DNA of 64,000 nucleotides from Lingula anatina (lineage: Eukaryota; Animalia; Brachiopoda), in the NCBI GenBank assembly GCA_051362555.1, contig CM120641.1, positions 14,446,001 through 14,510,000 on the forward strand, in the 5' to 3' direction. Below, in pieces: positions 38,789-51,462 of this stretch; the first letter of the stretch is position 1; the number at the start of each line of letters is the position of its first letter. A program made the translations under genes and the position numbers. The notes beneath the pieces were generated by a model. The model ran no database searches and was not told where the DNA came from. It saw nothing but the letters and a program-made list of their open reading frames with translations.

Positions 38789-41700
38789 ATGGCAGGCGTA
38801 GGTTGGAAAGTTTGGAGAAAGTTGCGGATAATTAAGTCAGTTGCATTTCAAAGTTCTAGGTTTTATTCATCTGATGTATGTATATTTTATTACCTTTGTA
38901 TCACACAGAAATATGTACCGGTATAGTTAACATAGTATATAAAATTAAGTTAGTATCTGGGTTTTAAATCTTATCAGAAAAACGAGCCGAGTCATCGCAG
39001 ACAGCAAGCAAGGGGCTGTTGCACGGTTACTTAAGATCCAATTGATTCTCATTTGTAGTATATATTGTGGGTGTGGAATCCAATTACAAATGATTTTAAA
39101 GATAATAAATGTTTACTTATTTTATTTATTTATTTTTTTTTTTTTAGTGGAACATACGGCATGGTTTGGTTGGTATGGTAGGCAGGTAAGTATCATGGGT
39201 AATTCACAAACCATATAGGATAGACTTTTGTCAGTTGACTTGTTGTATACATGTAGTTAAACAATTTTTGATATTGGTATAAGCATTTTCTCACTCAAAA
39301 AAGGCACCAAATGACTTGTTTCTTGTGAACAAACATCCTGTTATTCATGTGGCAGCATTTTCAGCCATGCTGATGATGATGTTATATTTTCAGGACTCCT
39401 CTTGTTCGCTTGAACAAAGTCAGTGATGAGACCGGTAAATATTTTTCTGTTCATTGATATAACCAGATGGATATAATATGCACTTGCATGCACCTATATG
39501 GGTATGTGAGTTGACACATACACTCACATGCGTGTGCACAAATATGCATATGCATGCACACACGCACACAGATACACACACACACAGAGGATCAGAAAAA
39601 TATGTCTGGATATTTTGTTCTGTACAATTGCCATGATGTAAACCCATATTTTATGTATTTCTGTAATTTTACTTATAGGCTGTGAGATACTGGCCAAAGC
39701 AGAGTTTGCAAATGGTGGGGGTTCTGTCAAGGATAGAGCAGCTTATTTCCTCATTAGGGAAGCGCAAAAAAGTGGTAAGTACACGAAACCATTTTAGCAC
39801 CTGAATTAATGTTAAGAGAAGCTTGTAATTCTGAAGCCATATATTGAAATCAAGGGATATATGTATCATAATGTGTCCTGTAATTGAAAGTCCAGAGGTT
39901 TTTAAATGATTAAAGGTAATGAATTTGTTGAGCCAGTTCTGTTTGTATATTATAAACTTGAAGTCACTTTTTAAAGGTGAGCTGAAGCCTGGAGGAACAG
40001 TAGTGGAGGGGACGGCAGGTAACACAGGGATAGGTTTGGCACACCTGTGTCTGGCCATGGGGTACAAGTGTGTAATCTACATGCCCAATACACAGTCACA
40101 TGTAAGTTTTTTAAAAGCCTCAAACCTGTATGTCTCTTCCATGGATAAAATATAGTTATGTGTTTGTTCGAGGATCATGCATGCTCGCTTGAAAGAGTGG
40201 TAGAATTAAGCTTTGCACCTTGGTTTAAGTTTATGGCTTTGATTATCATTTGAAATTGCCATTATTCTAGAAGGGGTTGTATCACAACATTTTTGTCCTT
40301 GAAAAGTACTTTGATTTTATTCATTTCATATTTTGTGGTAGTACATACATTGGGTTTCATCATCATTTTGTAAAATACAAAGTTTATGTGTGAGTCTTTT
40401 TTTTTTTTTTTTGTTATGTACTCTTACAAATGGCAATAAGTTTCCCTCATTTACATTCAAATAGTCCTTAAAAAGTACTTGAAATAGAGTCTCAAAAGTT
40501 ATTCTTAATGCTGCTGGATGAATCATGAAGCTGTTGTTGCTACAAGGATGGTTGTTTGATTGCCTTTGTAGTGAGACTAGTCCAAACTGCACAATATTCA
40601 TTTTTTGGTACAACTAGACCCCATATATATCTTCAATTGAGTACTTAAAGGGTTTGCTTCATGCTGTCAGAATGGCCTGAACGGAACATATTCTCCAGAA
40701 AACATGCCCAACTAACGATATCTTTATCCAAATACACAAATTAAAAGCTCATTTTGTAAATTTTTGGCTTTAAAAAACGTCCTATTTGCTCGGCCTGGTA
40801 GTTAATGAGCTACGTGGTCACGTGGTCCAATGACGACAATCGAGCCACTAGAGAACAGAGCGTGCTTAGCTGTCAAACTGAGCTGCATTGTCTACCTGTA
40901 AGATGACTTCTCTGGCTTCTGATAAAAGTTTATACTCATTCAAATCTCTTACCCGAGGGGTCTAAATCCTCGTGAAGCTGTGTAAAACCATTTCCCGTCT
41001 AGTCATTTCTTTAACAAGCATTTCATTATGGTTATCCCAAGTTGTATAAAACACTGCATTTTAATGAGTTAAGGGAAATGTTGATTATTGCATATGAGGT
41101 CCATGTTATTTGTGAAATTCAATTTATTTTATTAAACCGCTGACACTCCGTCTTGCATACTTTTATTAAACTGAGGTAAACAATGCCCGTTACCTTTACA
41201 AGTCCTATATTAATCATCCATCTAACTGGAACTTCCTTTACCTCTTAATTAGAGGGTTAAATGGCATTCAATTTGTCTTGCTTGTATCGAACGCACTCTC
41301 TATCTAAGCTTTACTCCAGTTATCTCAGGTAAAAATCTTACCTGTGCGTTAGTTACAAAACGCAGCTCCCGTAGACCTGGGGGTACTAGATAAAATCTGA
41401 ACACCAGGTTTATCGAGGAGCTAGAGAAAGAAAGGAAGAATTTTTCCTGCACAACTTCATAGGAATTTTAACACGGACTTGAGCCAGCTTAGACCTCCAA
41501 ACTAACAGGGTGACATGGGCAATTTTCACAAACAAATCATAAAACTATATTTCAGTTAACCTCCTTTAAAATAAATATACCGTTCTGGGTAAATTAAAAT
41601 GGTTATTAAATCGCAAGAATATTTTTGACTTAAATGATGATTTTATTATTAATGGAAATTAAGCTACTATATGAGGTACATTTGCTGTGATTACGCTGTC

Positions 41701-44700
41701 CTTCATGTTTTGCGTAAGTCTACATTTTGCTGTATGTGCTTGTAATCTTTTTAAATATGTGCGTACAATTTTTGCAGGTCTGGTTACCCCCGTGTTATGT
41801 GATGAGAGTATTAATTTGGCAATTAGTTCCTTAGCTTATTTGAATAGAATTGCAGTGTAAAATTTTCAACAAGATGTTGGCGAAATAGCCCATTACTCTT
41901 TGTAGGTATTTCCCCCGTCAAAGTTTGTCTAAAATTATCTTTCAATCTTTACTCTTTCAAAGACAGTATAAAGTTACCTGACATATTTTCGTGTAAACTT
42001 AATGACAAGCCAAGTGTCTCCAGTTCATTCCGTACTCAATTTTACCCAAGCAAATTTTTTTCTTGAGTAGATCTTTATAGCACGGTGTTATAAGCTTACA
42101 AATTTGCAAAAAAAAAAAAATTGCGTACTGAAGAAGAATTTGCGTTTCAAGTTATAAAATGATCAATCTTTTAAATTATTTAATATTTCAGATGAAATAA
42201 TCTTCAGAAACAAATCCTCAAAGCATAAACGAATTAGGATAACGAACCATTTTATTATAGCAGTTCCCATTTTTTCTTTAATATAACGCTCTTTTTCCTG
42301 TTTTTCCTCAACACGTTTTCTTCCACGGAAGCTTCAAGATACCCTGAGAGCAATTTCTTTTATTAATGTCGCGACCGTGTTTGAACTTAATTGTTTAAGT
42401 ATTGATATTTAACGTCATTTACAAATACCAATAAAATAACCCCATGAAATAAAGGAGATATATTGAAAAATATGAAAGCCCACCAAGACGAGTTTCATAC
42501 CTGTTATTACCTGGCTTGGGAATTGCAGCGGTGCATAATTAACAGGTTTGTTGTAAACGAGCTTTTGGTCAACTACAATGCATTTAAAATGCATCAGCAA
42601 TCAGTAAGTTTGCCAACTGATGACAGTTAATCTGAAAGACTACCAACTCTTGATATGATCTAAACCACCTGAGGTGACCATGATCTAGAGCATCGCAACT
42701 ATTGTCACCGAAGTTAGTAAGTAAGTCACGGAAGACCGTCACAGACAAAGAAAGATTGTCAACGAGAGCTGCAATTTTGGTGAATCCCACGGCAACACAC
42801 CGAGGCATAACGAAAATTCCTCAACTCCGTTCAACACAACTTTCATTAACTTCTCCGTCTGTATGCACCATGGAGCTCAGTTGAGTCTCATAGACCTTTA
42901 TCGTGATTGTCGTCACAGTACCACGTGACCCAGATCTGTTGCTTCATTTTTGCATATTGAGGTGAGGTTTACTAAAACGCTTTTTTTCTACTAATAGATT
43001 GTTTTTATAATCTTTAAATGGCGGGGATCGATTAAAACATACCTCTAGTGTATAGATTGAGTGCTGTATCTTCAAAATTCGAGAAATGGATTTTTACATG
43101 AACATTGTCCTTTAAATGATAAAATAACAGATTAGAACACTAGTGGCTGATATGTTAAAGTGCTGTCTAAAGTGGAAATATAGACACTTGTAATTACACT
43201 AAAAAAAACCCTATAATATGATGGTATATTTTGAAGAAAAATGAAAGTTGATTTTAGGGACTAAAAATATTGTATATTTTCAGGAAAAAATTGAGTTACT
43301 TCAAACTTTAGGAGCAGATGTCAGACCAGTCCCTGCAGTAGCATGGTCAGACCCCAATAATTATAACCACCAGGTAATGTAGTGTGCCCATTTTTGCCAT
43401 TCATGTGACAATAGAGCGGACATTCTATTCTATTCTATTCTATTACATGATCATGAATTTTGACTCTTACTGGTTGATTGAAGGGCAGTCCAGTCAATTT
43501 TATACCGTATTGATCTCCAAACCAGTCAATATTGGTTAGGGATCAGAAGGTATAATTTTTTAAAGAACTTGATGGTCCCACGACTGGTGGAAAGTCTCAG
43601 TAAATATATTATTTTGTGATGTGTTTTTAAACCCAAGTTTGAAAGGAAGTGAAAAAGAATGTTTTCATGTTGACAGTTACTGAGTTCAATTTTTCCTAGT
43701 TCTCTATGGTTTGTTTACTATCAAAGATGCCATATTGTAGAAAGCAATTATTGACTTTTCCTCTGGACATTTTTTTCCAGACCTTAGAATTTCAATAATG
43801 ACCACAAGTTAAAGCCTAGGTCATTATCGCATTTCTTGGCTCTCAACGTAATGACCACATGGAAACACCAATAATTACTTTTGTTTGATTCACTGTAAAT
43901 CAAATTTTTGTTCAGCATTTGTGGCTTTCTATTTGTCCGTCATGGTGGCAGGTTATCACAGATATAAGCTTAATGTCTTTTTGATAGTGTTGCCCATAGC
44001 AATTGGCCATTTGAAAAATCTCGCACTGCAATAAATGGTCATCAACACATGAATTTATTACCTTGAAAAAACACTCAATATCTAGATTTATGTCTTGTTT
44101 TTCTCAGTTCAAAACACAAAGTTATACCATAACATATCATATCATATCATATTATAGGCTAAACGTTTTGCTGAAAGTTTGGATAATGCTGTGTGGACAA
44201 ATCAGTTTGACAACACTGCCAACAGATTAGCACACATAGAAACTACAGGACCAGAAATATGGCAGCAGACAGGTAAGATGTGGGCCGTCAGTATACTTGT
44301 TAGGTAAGAGTCTGGCACAGATTTGATATTAGGTTTTTGAAACGAAGAGTGAAAATTGAGCCTGTTGAATTGCAATTAAGCCCTTGTGAGACTTTCACCC
44401 CCAAGTTAAGAGATTGTATTATGTACTGATATCATAGAATAGCCAGACTGTATTAATTTGGTAAACCGGGAAAATATATTTATACTAATGTGATGCATCC
44501 AAGGTGTTTGAGATTAAAATAGCTGTTGCATTAACAACCTCTTTCTTGTGATACCAGTAGGACCCCATTCCCATAGATATTTAGATCTATCTATCCCCCT
44601 GGGGAGTCTCACTAGATTTTTGTCAGCTTAACAGGCTTAAATGTCTGTCCCGCCTACTAAAAGCTGTGATGGGGTAATTGACTATGGTGACAGCAATTTT

Positions 44701-45340
44701 GCCTGAACCCCCAGGGAGTTAGGTCGATCTAGATGGATCGATCTAAATCTCTGGGAATGCAGTCTAAGTTATTCATGTGTGATGGCCTCAAGAGTGATCA
44801 AAGTAGGCAACTCAATTAATGCTTTAAATGCAACAAAATTACTTATCTATAGCACAGTTGGTCTTTTGAACTTTCATAATAACTTTTTAAGCATTTACTG
44901 TTATCAAACTAATAGGAGATGCACAGAAGATTCAAATCCAATTACCAACAACCTGGTTTTGAATGTAAACCTAATGACACTTGATTACTGTCTGGTTTCT
45001 GGAAGCATGCCTCAGATCATGCAGGTGCATTCTTAGTGTACTTTCTACCAGTACATTTACTCAATGCTATTAACTTTTGTTACTTATTGACATTCATTTG
45101 GCTGTAACTCATGTTAACAATATACTTTCCTTGTTTCAATTAGTATTGAGTTAGGCATGTAATGAATGATATATTGAAAATATTGTAATATTCGGTCTCT
45201 TATTCCATAAATAGCGCTGAAGGTGATCATTTGTCTTCAAAACTGTGTCCACACTTTTCTGGGATATTTATATAGCTAGAGAAATGAGAATGTCTGGGAT
45301 AATGTTAGCATGTTGTAAATTTACCTAATTTTCTAATACT

Positions 45341-45410
<70 letters not shown>

Positions 45411-48069
45411 GCCACTCAACTGAGAAACTGGCTTAATTTAGATCCCATGAATTTGTGGCATTTGCCTCTAACTGTTTGGCATAATTCTGTACACGTGGGA
45501 TTTCACAAAAGGAAAGCAAAGCCTATCATAAAAATGAATGATATATTGAAAAAATGAAAATAAAATATATATATATTATGCCACTCAACTGAGAAACTGG
45601 CTTAATTTAGATCCCATGAATTTGTGGCATTTGCCTCTAACTGTTTGGCATAATTCTGTACACATGGGATTTCACAAAAGGAAAGCAAAGCCTATCATAA
45701 AAAATTATCTGTCTTATTTAACATACATTACCGGCTGATTTAAAACATCTTATGCAAACAGTGATCTGTGACTTAAGCTTGTATTATAAGTTGTATTTAT
45801 TTACAGTTTGATTATATGATTGATGTATTTTTTTTTTAGATGGTAAAGTGAGTGCTGTGACATTTGGAACTGGTACAGGAGGAACATTAGCAGGTACATA
45901 ATTAGTAATGACAAAATGTGCTATGTTTCTAGAATCCAGCTCTATATCTTTTTCTTGAAACATGTTATAAAAAAATACAGTTGTGGAAAATGTGTTTTCT
46001 AAATATATATTCAAACACACATCCACTTTGCTAAGAGATGCAACAATAGTGTTTTTTGAGGCAAAAAAACATGTACATGCTGGAATTTATTCCTTAAAAC
46101 ACTGTATCTAAATACAACATACTTTTCAACACAACAAGATATGTACATATCTAATATTGTTTTGCTTTAATTGCTGTTTTGATTAAATGTTATTTGCAAG
46201 TAATTGGTTATAGTTATATTCAGGAGTTGGGACTTACCTAAAGGAAAAAAACAAAGATATCCAAGTTGTTTTAGCAGATCCACAGGTAAAATACTGGAAT
46301 AAACTGGGATAAACATTTTTCTATCATTTCTTAGATAGTTGCATGATAATGAACACATCTTTCTCTCTCTGTCTCTCTCTTTTGTGTATGTACATGTACA
46401 TGCATACTAAACATTACTGATTATACTTACTATCAACCCTTTACAAATTCAACTTTAAGGAAAAATAATAGCTTTATTGATGAACACAGCATCTACTATT
46501 TAATCAACCATGTTCACTATTTCAGGGCAGTGTGTTGTACAACTGGTTTAAACATGGTAAACTGGAGAGGTCAGAGGGTAACTCCATCACAGAGGGAATA
46601 GGTCAGGGCAGGGTCACTTCAAATCTAGAAGGAGCCCCCATAGATGATGCTATGTGTATCACAGACAAGGAGGCAGTTGAGTATGTAAGTAACATTTTCT
46701 TGATAATTTAAGTGCTTGTAGTTTAGGTATGTGTTTTGTAGACTGTCTATTGACCATTTCACAGTTCCCCGACGTTTGACACTGTACATGCCCAAGAATG
46801 GGCTTGTGGGATAGATCATGCCAGTGTCGCTGAAATTTCCTTTGATCACACAATACAGATAAATACAGATTTTGACTGCAACTTGCCTTTCTGCATAGCA
46901 CCTGCCATTTTTGCATCTGGGGCATTACATGTATTATACATTAAGCGCAGATGAATGAGTTTTGATTTAAGTTCTGAAACACTTCTTTCTATGTGCTACT
47001 TTTCCATAATGCACTGTGTACATAGGTTGACCCTTCAACCATTAAATGGTCAATGTGATTCTCTTGTTTTTCAAATAAAAATTATTGCCAGACAGATTAC
47101 TTGATTGTTTTCAAAATTTTCCAGAAATCAACTTACTGTCATTGAAAAGGGTTTTCAATAAGATTATGAGTTTGTTTTTTATATACTTATTTATTGTTAT
47201 TGTTATGATATGGAACATTCTTGCAAACAATCCTCTCAAATGACAATACTGACATGCACAGCTAAATATACATGTTGTTTGTATAATTAGAGAAGAACAA
47301 ACATTACAGTTTTTCAACTGTCATTGTTAACCTTTTCAAATTTCTGGGTCATTATCAGACATTCCGGCTGCTGCATGAGGAAGGCTTCTTTGTTGGTGCA
47401 TCTTCTGGACTTAATGTAGCAGCAGCGGTTAGAGTGGCCAAATCAATGGGACCTGGACATACCATAGTAACAGCATTGTGTGATACCGGGCAGGTAACTT
47501 TGGACCACACATTGATTTTATCAAAAGATATTTAGTTCCTTTCATATGATTTAATCTTCATTGGTCTGAAACTTCAAGGTTATTGCTTTGGTTTAAAACT
47601 GTGATATAAAGAATTACTGCTTCAAAATTAGAAAGGTTTAAAGTAAGAGTTCTGATATTGCTTTTTTTTAACATTTCAGAGGTATTATGCAAAGCTTTTT
47701 AGCAGGAAATTCCTAGATGACAAAGGTAAGGGATGTATAACACCTAAAATGTATAAAGCCATATACAACCAACATGCATCACTAGACAATACCAATAATT
47801 TGATTTTTTAAACATGAACAAACTGTAAAGTAGATGTATGCAACTACTATTAAGTTCCGAAGGTCAAATTTAACTATTTTACCCTTAATTTAAATGATGC
47901 TTAATTTGAGTTTTCTTTTGTTTTAAATTAAAATTTTTTCATTTTCTTGTGATATTTACACTTTAAAAGTCTTTTAACGATATTGCAATGTTATTGCAAA
48001 GATATTTCATTTATTTTAGGCGTACTACAGTACATTCCTGAACCATATAGGATATCTCTCCACGATTAG
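38789..48069 (+). CDS. Cysteine synthase (PLP-dependent O-acyl-serine sulfhydrylase, fungal Cys1-type), probably mitochondrial
   Basis: Approximate exons 38789-38875, 39148-39185, 39394-39434, 39679-39774, 39977-40101, 43284-43373, 44158-44271, 45840-45893, 46225-46285, 46526-46684, 47359-47493, 47680-47725, 48020-48069. Motifs: [26 protein letters not shown] (PLP lysine), [60 protein letters not shown] and LCDTGQRY. The N-terminus [28 protein letters not shown] is basic and lacks acidic residues. Confidence 0.93.
40649..43111. mobile_element. Kolobok-like degenerate DNA transposon in cysteine synthase intron 5
   Basis: TTAA|AGGGTTTGCTTCATG ... CATGAACATTGTCCT|TTAA (imperfect TIR, TTAA TSD). 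A minus-strand remnant MPRCVAVG near 42808 resembles a THAP-finger start. The intron is far larger than most others in the gene. Confidence 0.55.
45346..45703. repeat. (TA)n microsatellite plus ~135-bp duplication
   Basis: (TA)n at ~45346-45406; TATGCCACTCAACTGAG...GCCTATCATAAAAA occurs at ~45408-45534 and ~45577-45703. Confidence 0.9.
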
Positions 48070-48171
48070 ATATTCTGCATAAGAAATTTTTGAAGAATGT
48101 TCACACCATTATCATGAAGATCATCAAATTAATACAGTTTTGAATTTTTATTCTGGATCAGTTTTATCATT

Positions 48172-48339
48172 CAGGGGCGGATTTAGGCCGTCTTCTGGGT
48201 CTTCCGGAAGACGGTCAGATTTTCAAGTTAACATTGTCGAGTATCTATTTTTTTCTGTTGGAAGACGGTCATAATTGGAGGATGAATCAACAAAGATAAT
48301 TTGGAAGACTGTCAGTAAATAGCTCTGGATCCGCCCTTG
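48172..48339 (+). mobile_element. MITE with CAGGGGCGGAT termini, 5-bp TSD TCATT
   Basis: CAGGGGCGGAT...ATCCGCCCTTG flanked by TCATT; internal GAAGACGGTCA repeats. Confidence 0.8.
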
Positions 48340-48622
48340 TCATTATCAATTTACTATATCAGCATGAGTGAAGTGTTATAGGTATATTAAAACTTGCCCG
48401 CTCAATCACAAAATGTCTGACCATGCCTTATTGTCAACTTACATTTTTAACATTATTTTCCTTTAATAAAGTTCAGCTTGGAGACAAAAGACCTTTCAAC
48501 ATAAATTATGGATACAGCTGTGCTGATATGTTGTGAGAGATTGACAAATAATAGCCTGGCTTTCACGTGGGAGAGCCACCTTGGTCGAGTTTGATGGAAG
48601 CTAGCCTAAATGGGACCTACAC

Positions 48623-48783
48623 CATGGGAGGTTCCAGAGATATTTTCTGACGGTCTTCCAAATTATATTTGTTGATTTATCCTCCATTTTTGACCGTCTT
48701 CCGAAATTAGATACCTGTCAATGTAAACTTGAAAATCTGACCATCTTCTGAAAAATCCAGAAGACAGCCTCAATCCACCCCTG
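48623..48783 (-). mobile_element. Second copy of the same MITE, inverted, 5-bp TSD TACAC
   Basis: The reverse complement aligns with 48172-48339 and the element is flanked by TACAC. Confidence 0.78.
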
Positions 48784-51222
48784 TACACTCTACATGGATT
48801 ATTAATTAAGGGAGTAAAAACTAGTTTGGCATGATTACATCATAAAACCTTTCAAATCATATCGTTACAGCTGTATTGCTGAGGTGTAACTGTGAAAAGT
48901 ATTTTTGACATCTTACCAAGGCTGTATTCACAAAGAAACTATCAGACTAGGTAGTTAAACTAACACCCTGGGGACTCTCACTGATTGCAATCAGATTAAC
49001 ATATTTACATGTCCCCTCAGATTAACATATTAACATGCCTCCTCCTGGTGTTGAGTAGAATTCAGAAAAAAACTGGTGATTAAACCAATACACTGGGAAT
49101 GAGATGAAGGGTGTAGGCCTATATCTGACTGCATTTTGCAAGAGTCTCCATGGAGTTAGTTCAAACTACCTATTACGATAGTTTTATTGTAAACTCACCC
49201 CAAACAATGCAGTTAGAATACAGTAAATAGGTATTTGTACAGTACATAGGCATTTAAACATGAAAATTCTCAGACACAAGCCTTCTACAAATTATCATAC
49301 CTATGCAATTTAACAAAGTTGTTATATTATGTTGTATTAAAGTATATGAGCGAGTAAAGGAAAGATTCATTAAAGATTAGTACAATCCATCATTTTTGCC
49401 TTTTTTGTGGTTTATCACAGCTAAATGGTTTCCCTTAATGATTTTCAGAGAAGAAAAATGACAAAGGCACAGAATAGATGAATTCACAAAAAATTGTCAC
49501 TATCATCAACACATTGTGAAATCATTAGAGGCAGATAGGGTGATTTGGAACCTATTAAAAGTTGAGGAAATGAGGTGTTTGGCCATGGGAGCCTGTAGAG
49601 ATAGATCTTGGAACAGCATGCACATGCTCACACATGCATGCATTTACACATCAGGCTAATACTTTCCTTTGTCACTGTAGCTCCCTCCTTGCGTGTCAAG
49701 TGGCAGTAGAATTCTGGATCAGTGCTGTGCGCTTGATTACATAGGAGGCTGTCACTGTGATACAGCCTGTTGATCTGGGTCTACCTAATTCGTTTACAGA
49801 ACAAGCTGGGTCTGACAGATCATGCAGGCTTGGTTCAAATTGTCTAATTGCCTTTCAGTGCCCAACACTCATTTCAAACATGGACAGATGCATTTTCTTC
49901 GTCTATTAATTGACAAAAAGAAAAATGAGTCTGCTTTATTGGGGAGAAAATTACTTGCCCCATTGTGTAATAGGCCTCTTCTGAAAGTGGAATGCAAAGT
50001 CGTCAATCGTGTTAACACACATTCTCAGGAATGTTGAACATTCAACTTTATTTAATAAAAGAATCAGTTATCAAGTCCTTTCTTCTGAAAGTGCACGATT
50101 GTCTTGTGTCTATATATTTTTTGCAATTTATTTTTTTTGACATTTGCCTCAGCAGCTCAACAGTTTTTACCACAAAGAGTTCTGTAATTTAATATAGCAC
50201 TTTGTTAATGTGACCTAAAATTTCTTTTATTGTGGTTATGAATTGATGTATCCTAGGAGAAAAATTGTTAAATGACACAAAAACCTAGCACAGTACAGTA
50301 CCTTCCTGCACAGAGAACTTATTGTTGTATTTTATGACCAAATAGTGATGATGCTAGGATTATAATTTATACATACAGATAACCCAAGCGTTAGGTTTTC
50401 TACTCCCCCCTCCTCTTTGCTTATATAACTGCTGAGCTCACCTGGGTGAAATTATGAAGTTAAATTGATAAATTTAAAAAAGTGGCCATGAATATTCCTA
50501 TTAGTTGACAGCTGGCACGTAACGTTAAGGCCAAAGCATTATTTACTTTTCCAGTGCCTCTTAAAACAAGAAAAGTCACACACTAACAACAAACGGTGAA
50601 AAAGTTTGATAAAGTGCTTATATTTCAAGCTCAGTAAATAAACATTCGCTTAGCACTAATCTACAAGTTGGATACATTAACAATTCAAAATTGGGTTTTG
50701 ATCAACTTTATTTTCAAATGTGGCAACACAACCTGTTCATAATTGACACAATGACAGTGCGGTGACATGTAGCACAAAAAAACTGCAAGTTGAGTGTTTG
50801 GTTTGACGTTGTATTACTCAATATGATATATCGAGTGGCTTTATCAGGTAAATTACACTTTGAGGATGACAGCTGAGGTTCACACGCATCTCTCCTTCTC
50901 ATACACTCGCTCCTCGCCTCTGTCTTTCTTTCTTTTCCTCTCTCATTCAGTCTCTCAAGTGTTGGCAGCGTTTAACAGATAATTGGACTCATCAATAAAG
51001 ACAATGGATGTATGTAATCACCGAACGAAGTATAATGTATTATTGAGACTCCTTAAGGGTTGTTTATGGTTCATGTAGCTGAAAAATGTTATCAATAAAA
51101 AAACACGAAAGAGTTTCAGTCTTCTCCGTGGGATGTCAGTCTAATTGCTTGCGTAATAAATGTCACCCTTTCCAGAAAACAACAGATGTTAATAACAGCA
51201 GCCTCTCGGTTTTTAAATATCA

Positions 51223-51462
51223 TGACGTCTGATTATTTGTTGGATCTCGAGCTGTGAGATTATCTTCGGTGATTATCGCCTTTAAAAACGAGGCAGCAAC
51301 GGCATTCTACCACACACGCGGACCGGACTCTGAAACGGCAACTTCTACGCTACAGCATAACTACGACGATACACAGCAGGTTGCCTTGTCCAGTTCAAGA
51401 TTTCCAAGGTCCACTGGCATTTGATAAAGAAAAGTTTACAATGTCCAGAGAGCATCAGTACA
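51223..51462 (+). promoter_or_regulatory. Probable promoter and first exon of the neuropeptide precursor gene
   Basis: CRE-like TGACGTCT at 51223, TTTAAAAA at 51281, then ATG at 51441 (MSREHQY) and a consensus donor GTAAGT at 51463 that splices in frame to the acceptor at 59708-59709. Confidence 0.5.

Noticed and set aside
38789-48069. Recent bacterial horizontal transfer or contamination as the origin of cysteine synthase
   Set aside because: Twelve spliceosomal introns, host-like composition and a eukaryotic targeting peptide.
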